A stretch of 36,495 nt of DNA from assembly GCA_051532035.1 (NCBI GenBank), contig JAOPTW010000030.1:1-36495 (forward strand), read 5' to 3'. Positions 35,157-36,495 of this stretch are shown here, one piece after another. Each line of letters opens with the position of its first letter. Positions within the stretch are counted from its first letter, which is position 1. The position numbers and the translations under genes were made by a program. The DNA is from Fibrobacterales bacterium. GTDB lineage: Bacteria; Fibrobacterota; Fibrobacteria; Fibrobacterales; JAOPTW01. The notes under the pieces were generated by a model. It searched no databases. It had not been told where the DNA came from and was given only the letters and a program-made list of their open reading frames with translations.

Positions 35157-36495
35157 TGCGAAATCCGGCTCAATTTGACCGACAAATCCGGTTTAAAATG
35201 ACCGATTTTTCAACCAACCAAACTTGTTTAACAAAAAAATGACATCTGTACTCCATAACTCAAATGAATTATGGAGTACAGATGTCGAGACAAAGGTTGA
35301 AAATGAATAAAGCTATTCAGATACTCAAATACCATTTTGACTCAAAACTGAGCAACGAAAAAGTTGGCCTAGCAGTTGGAGTCTCGAAGGGAAGCGTTAA
35401 CAATTGTTTACAGCGTTTCAAAAATTCAAATATTAACTGGGGTGACGCAAAGACGCTCTCTGAGGTCGAACTTGAAAAAGTTCTATTTCCTATAACTCAA
35501 TTGCCACCAAATAGCGCTCTACGCAAGGGTGATGTTTTTCCAGACTATCATAAGACTCAAATTGAAATGGGACATCCTCAAGTGACTCTTCAGCTTCTGT
35601 ATGATGAGTTTAAAATGAAGAACCCCAATTGCATTGGTCGCAGTCAATTTTATGACGGCTACAAGAAACATGTTAAAACCACCAAAACAGAAATGCATGT
35701 CGACCATAAGGCGGGCGATAAGTTTTTTGTCGATTACAGTGGGGACTCCATTGGATATTACGACAGAGAGCGTGGTGAGTACGTTGATACAGGGCTATTC
35801 GTAGGCACGTGGGGAGCAAGCTGTTTTACTTATGCAGAAGTTACAGAAAGTCAAAAGAGCGAGGACTGGGTGTATTCACATGTTCGTGCTTTTAAATATA
35901 GCGGATGTACACCGGCAGCAATTGTTCCAGACAATCTCAAGTCAGCAGTGATCAAGCCATGTATCTATGAGCCTGAATTAAATCCTCTGTATAAAAAAAT
36001 GGCTGAACACTACAGCTCTGCGGTTTTACCTGCAAGAGTTAGAAAGCCTCAAGATAAAGGTATTGTTGAAAATCATGTACTTCATATACAGCGCTACATT
36101 CTTGGAAGACTTCGTAATCATAGGTTTTATAGTCTTGCAGAAGTTAATGAAGAAATCAGAGAACAGCTGGAGGCCTTCAACGACCTGCCAATGAAAGGAT
36201 ATGGTGGCATGAGTAGGCGGGAACTCTTCATGGAGCTCGATAAAAAATACGCTCAAGATTTACCGCCTGATGCGTTTGAAGTTACGCACATAAAACAAGG
36301 AGTTCGGGTTGCCCCCAATTATCATATTCAGTTTAAAAAACATCACTATAGTATCTCTCACATACTTGTTGGCGAGCGGGTTGATGTATATCAAAAAGGC
36401 AATGTGATCGAAGTGTATCATAAAGGTGTCCATATAACTCGACATCAAAAATCGAGTAAAAGTATAGTGGCCACTCATTTGAGACACCTTGCCTA
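35157..36495 (+). mobile_element. IS21-family element, left end and istA, continues beyond the window
   Basis: Starts TGCG, followed by two 23-bp repeats (aaatccggctcaatttgaccgac and aaatccggtttaaaatgaccgat, 35161-35206). Confidence 0.9.
35282..36495 (+). CDS. istA: IS21 transposase IstA (partial, absent from the ORF track because it has no stop in the window)
   Basis: Hand translation is open to the window end: MSRQRLKM..., HKAGDKFFVDYSG, IVPDNLKSAV, PARVRKPQDKGIVE (DDE), NYHI...HYSI. Confidence 0.93.
   Translation, partial: MSRQRLKMNKAIQILKYHFDSKLSNEKVGLAVGVSKGSVNNCLQRFKNSNINWGDAKTLSEVELEKVLFPITQLPPNSALRKGDVFPDYHKTQIEMGHPQVTLQLLYDEFKMKNPNCIGRSQFYDGYKKHVKTTKTEMHVDHKAGDKFFVDYSGDSIGYYDRERGEYVDTGLFVGTWGASCFTYAEVTESQKSEDWVYSHVRAFKYSGCTPAAIVPDNLKSAVIKPCIYEPELNPLYKKMAEHYSSAVLPARVRKPQDKGIVENHVLHIQRYILGRLRNHRFYSLAEVNEEIREQLEAFNDLPMKGYGGMSRRELFMELDKKYAQDLPPDAFEVTHIKQGVRVAPNYHIQFKKHHYSISHILVGERVDVYQKGNVIEVYHKGVHITRHQKSSKSIVATHLRHLA

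Noticed and set aside
35519..36487. Short minus-strand ORFs in the last kilobase
   Set aside because: They are antisense shadows of istA.

Overview
This is an AT-rich bacterial chromosomal segment. Cys-paired/collagen lipoprotein modules and an FCB-type omega subunit suggest a motile Fibrobacterota-like organism (inference, not verified). From left to right, the first part holds cheX, a MarC protein, an S4 protein, a GGCT-like and DUF4332-like pair, a collagen-like lipoprotein and a GH16 glucanase. An accessory block follows: a repeat-bearing HNH protein with degenerate catalytic residues, converging on a two-gene unit (split OmpA-like/peptidoglycan-binding protein plus archaemetzincin-like protease). 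Next come a fatty-acid cis/trans isomerase, a MORN-repeat protein head-to-head with a glutaminyl cyclase/rRNA methyltransferase/cheY run, an M23 peptidase and a nucleosidase. The housekeeping part has tRNA-Ser(GGA)-rpoZ-lptD-maf-rodZ-orf-hisB, pilT-pilC, flgM with a sigma-28-like promoter, a malic enzyme that appears to start at ATT, and a YkgJ-type Fe-S protein. The right end is a three-layer nest of insertion sequences: an IS66 interrupted by a decayed inverted IS66, itself interrupted by an IS21 that runs off the window. The best candidates for undescribed biology are the 7.4-11.4 kb block, the ATT-initiated malic enzyme and the nested IS with its RBS-sequestering hairpin. No CRISPR array or rRNA was seen.
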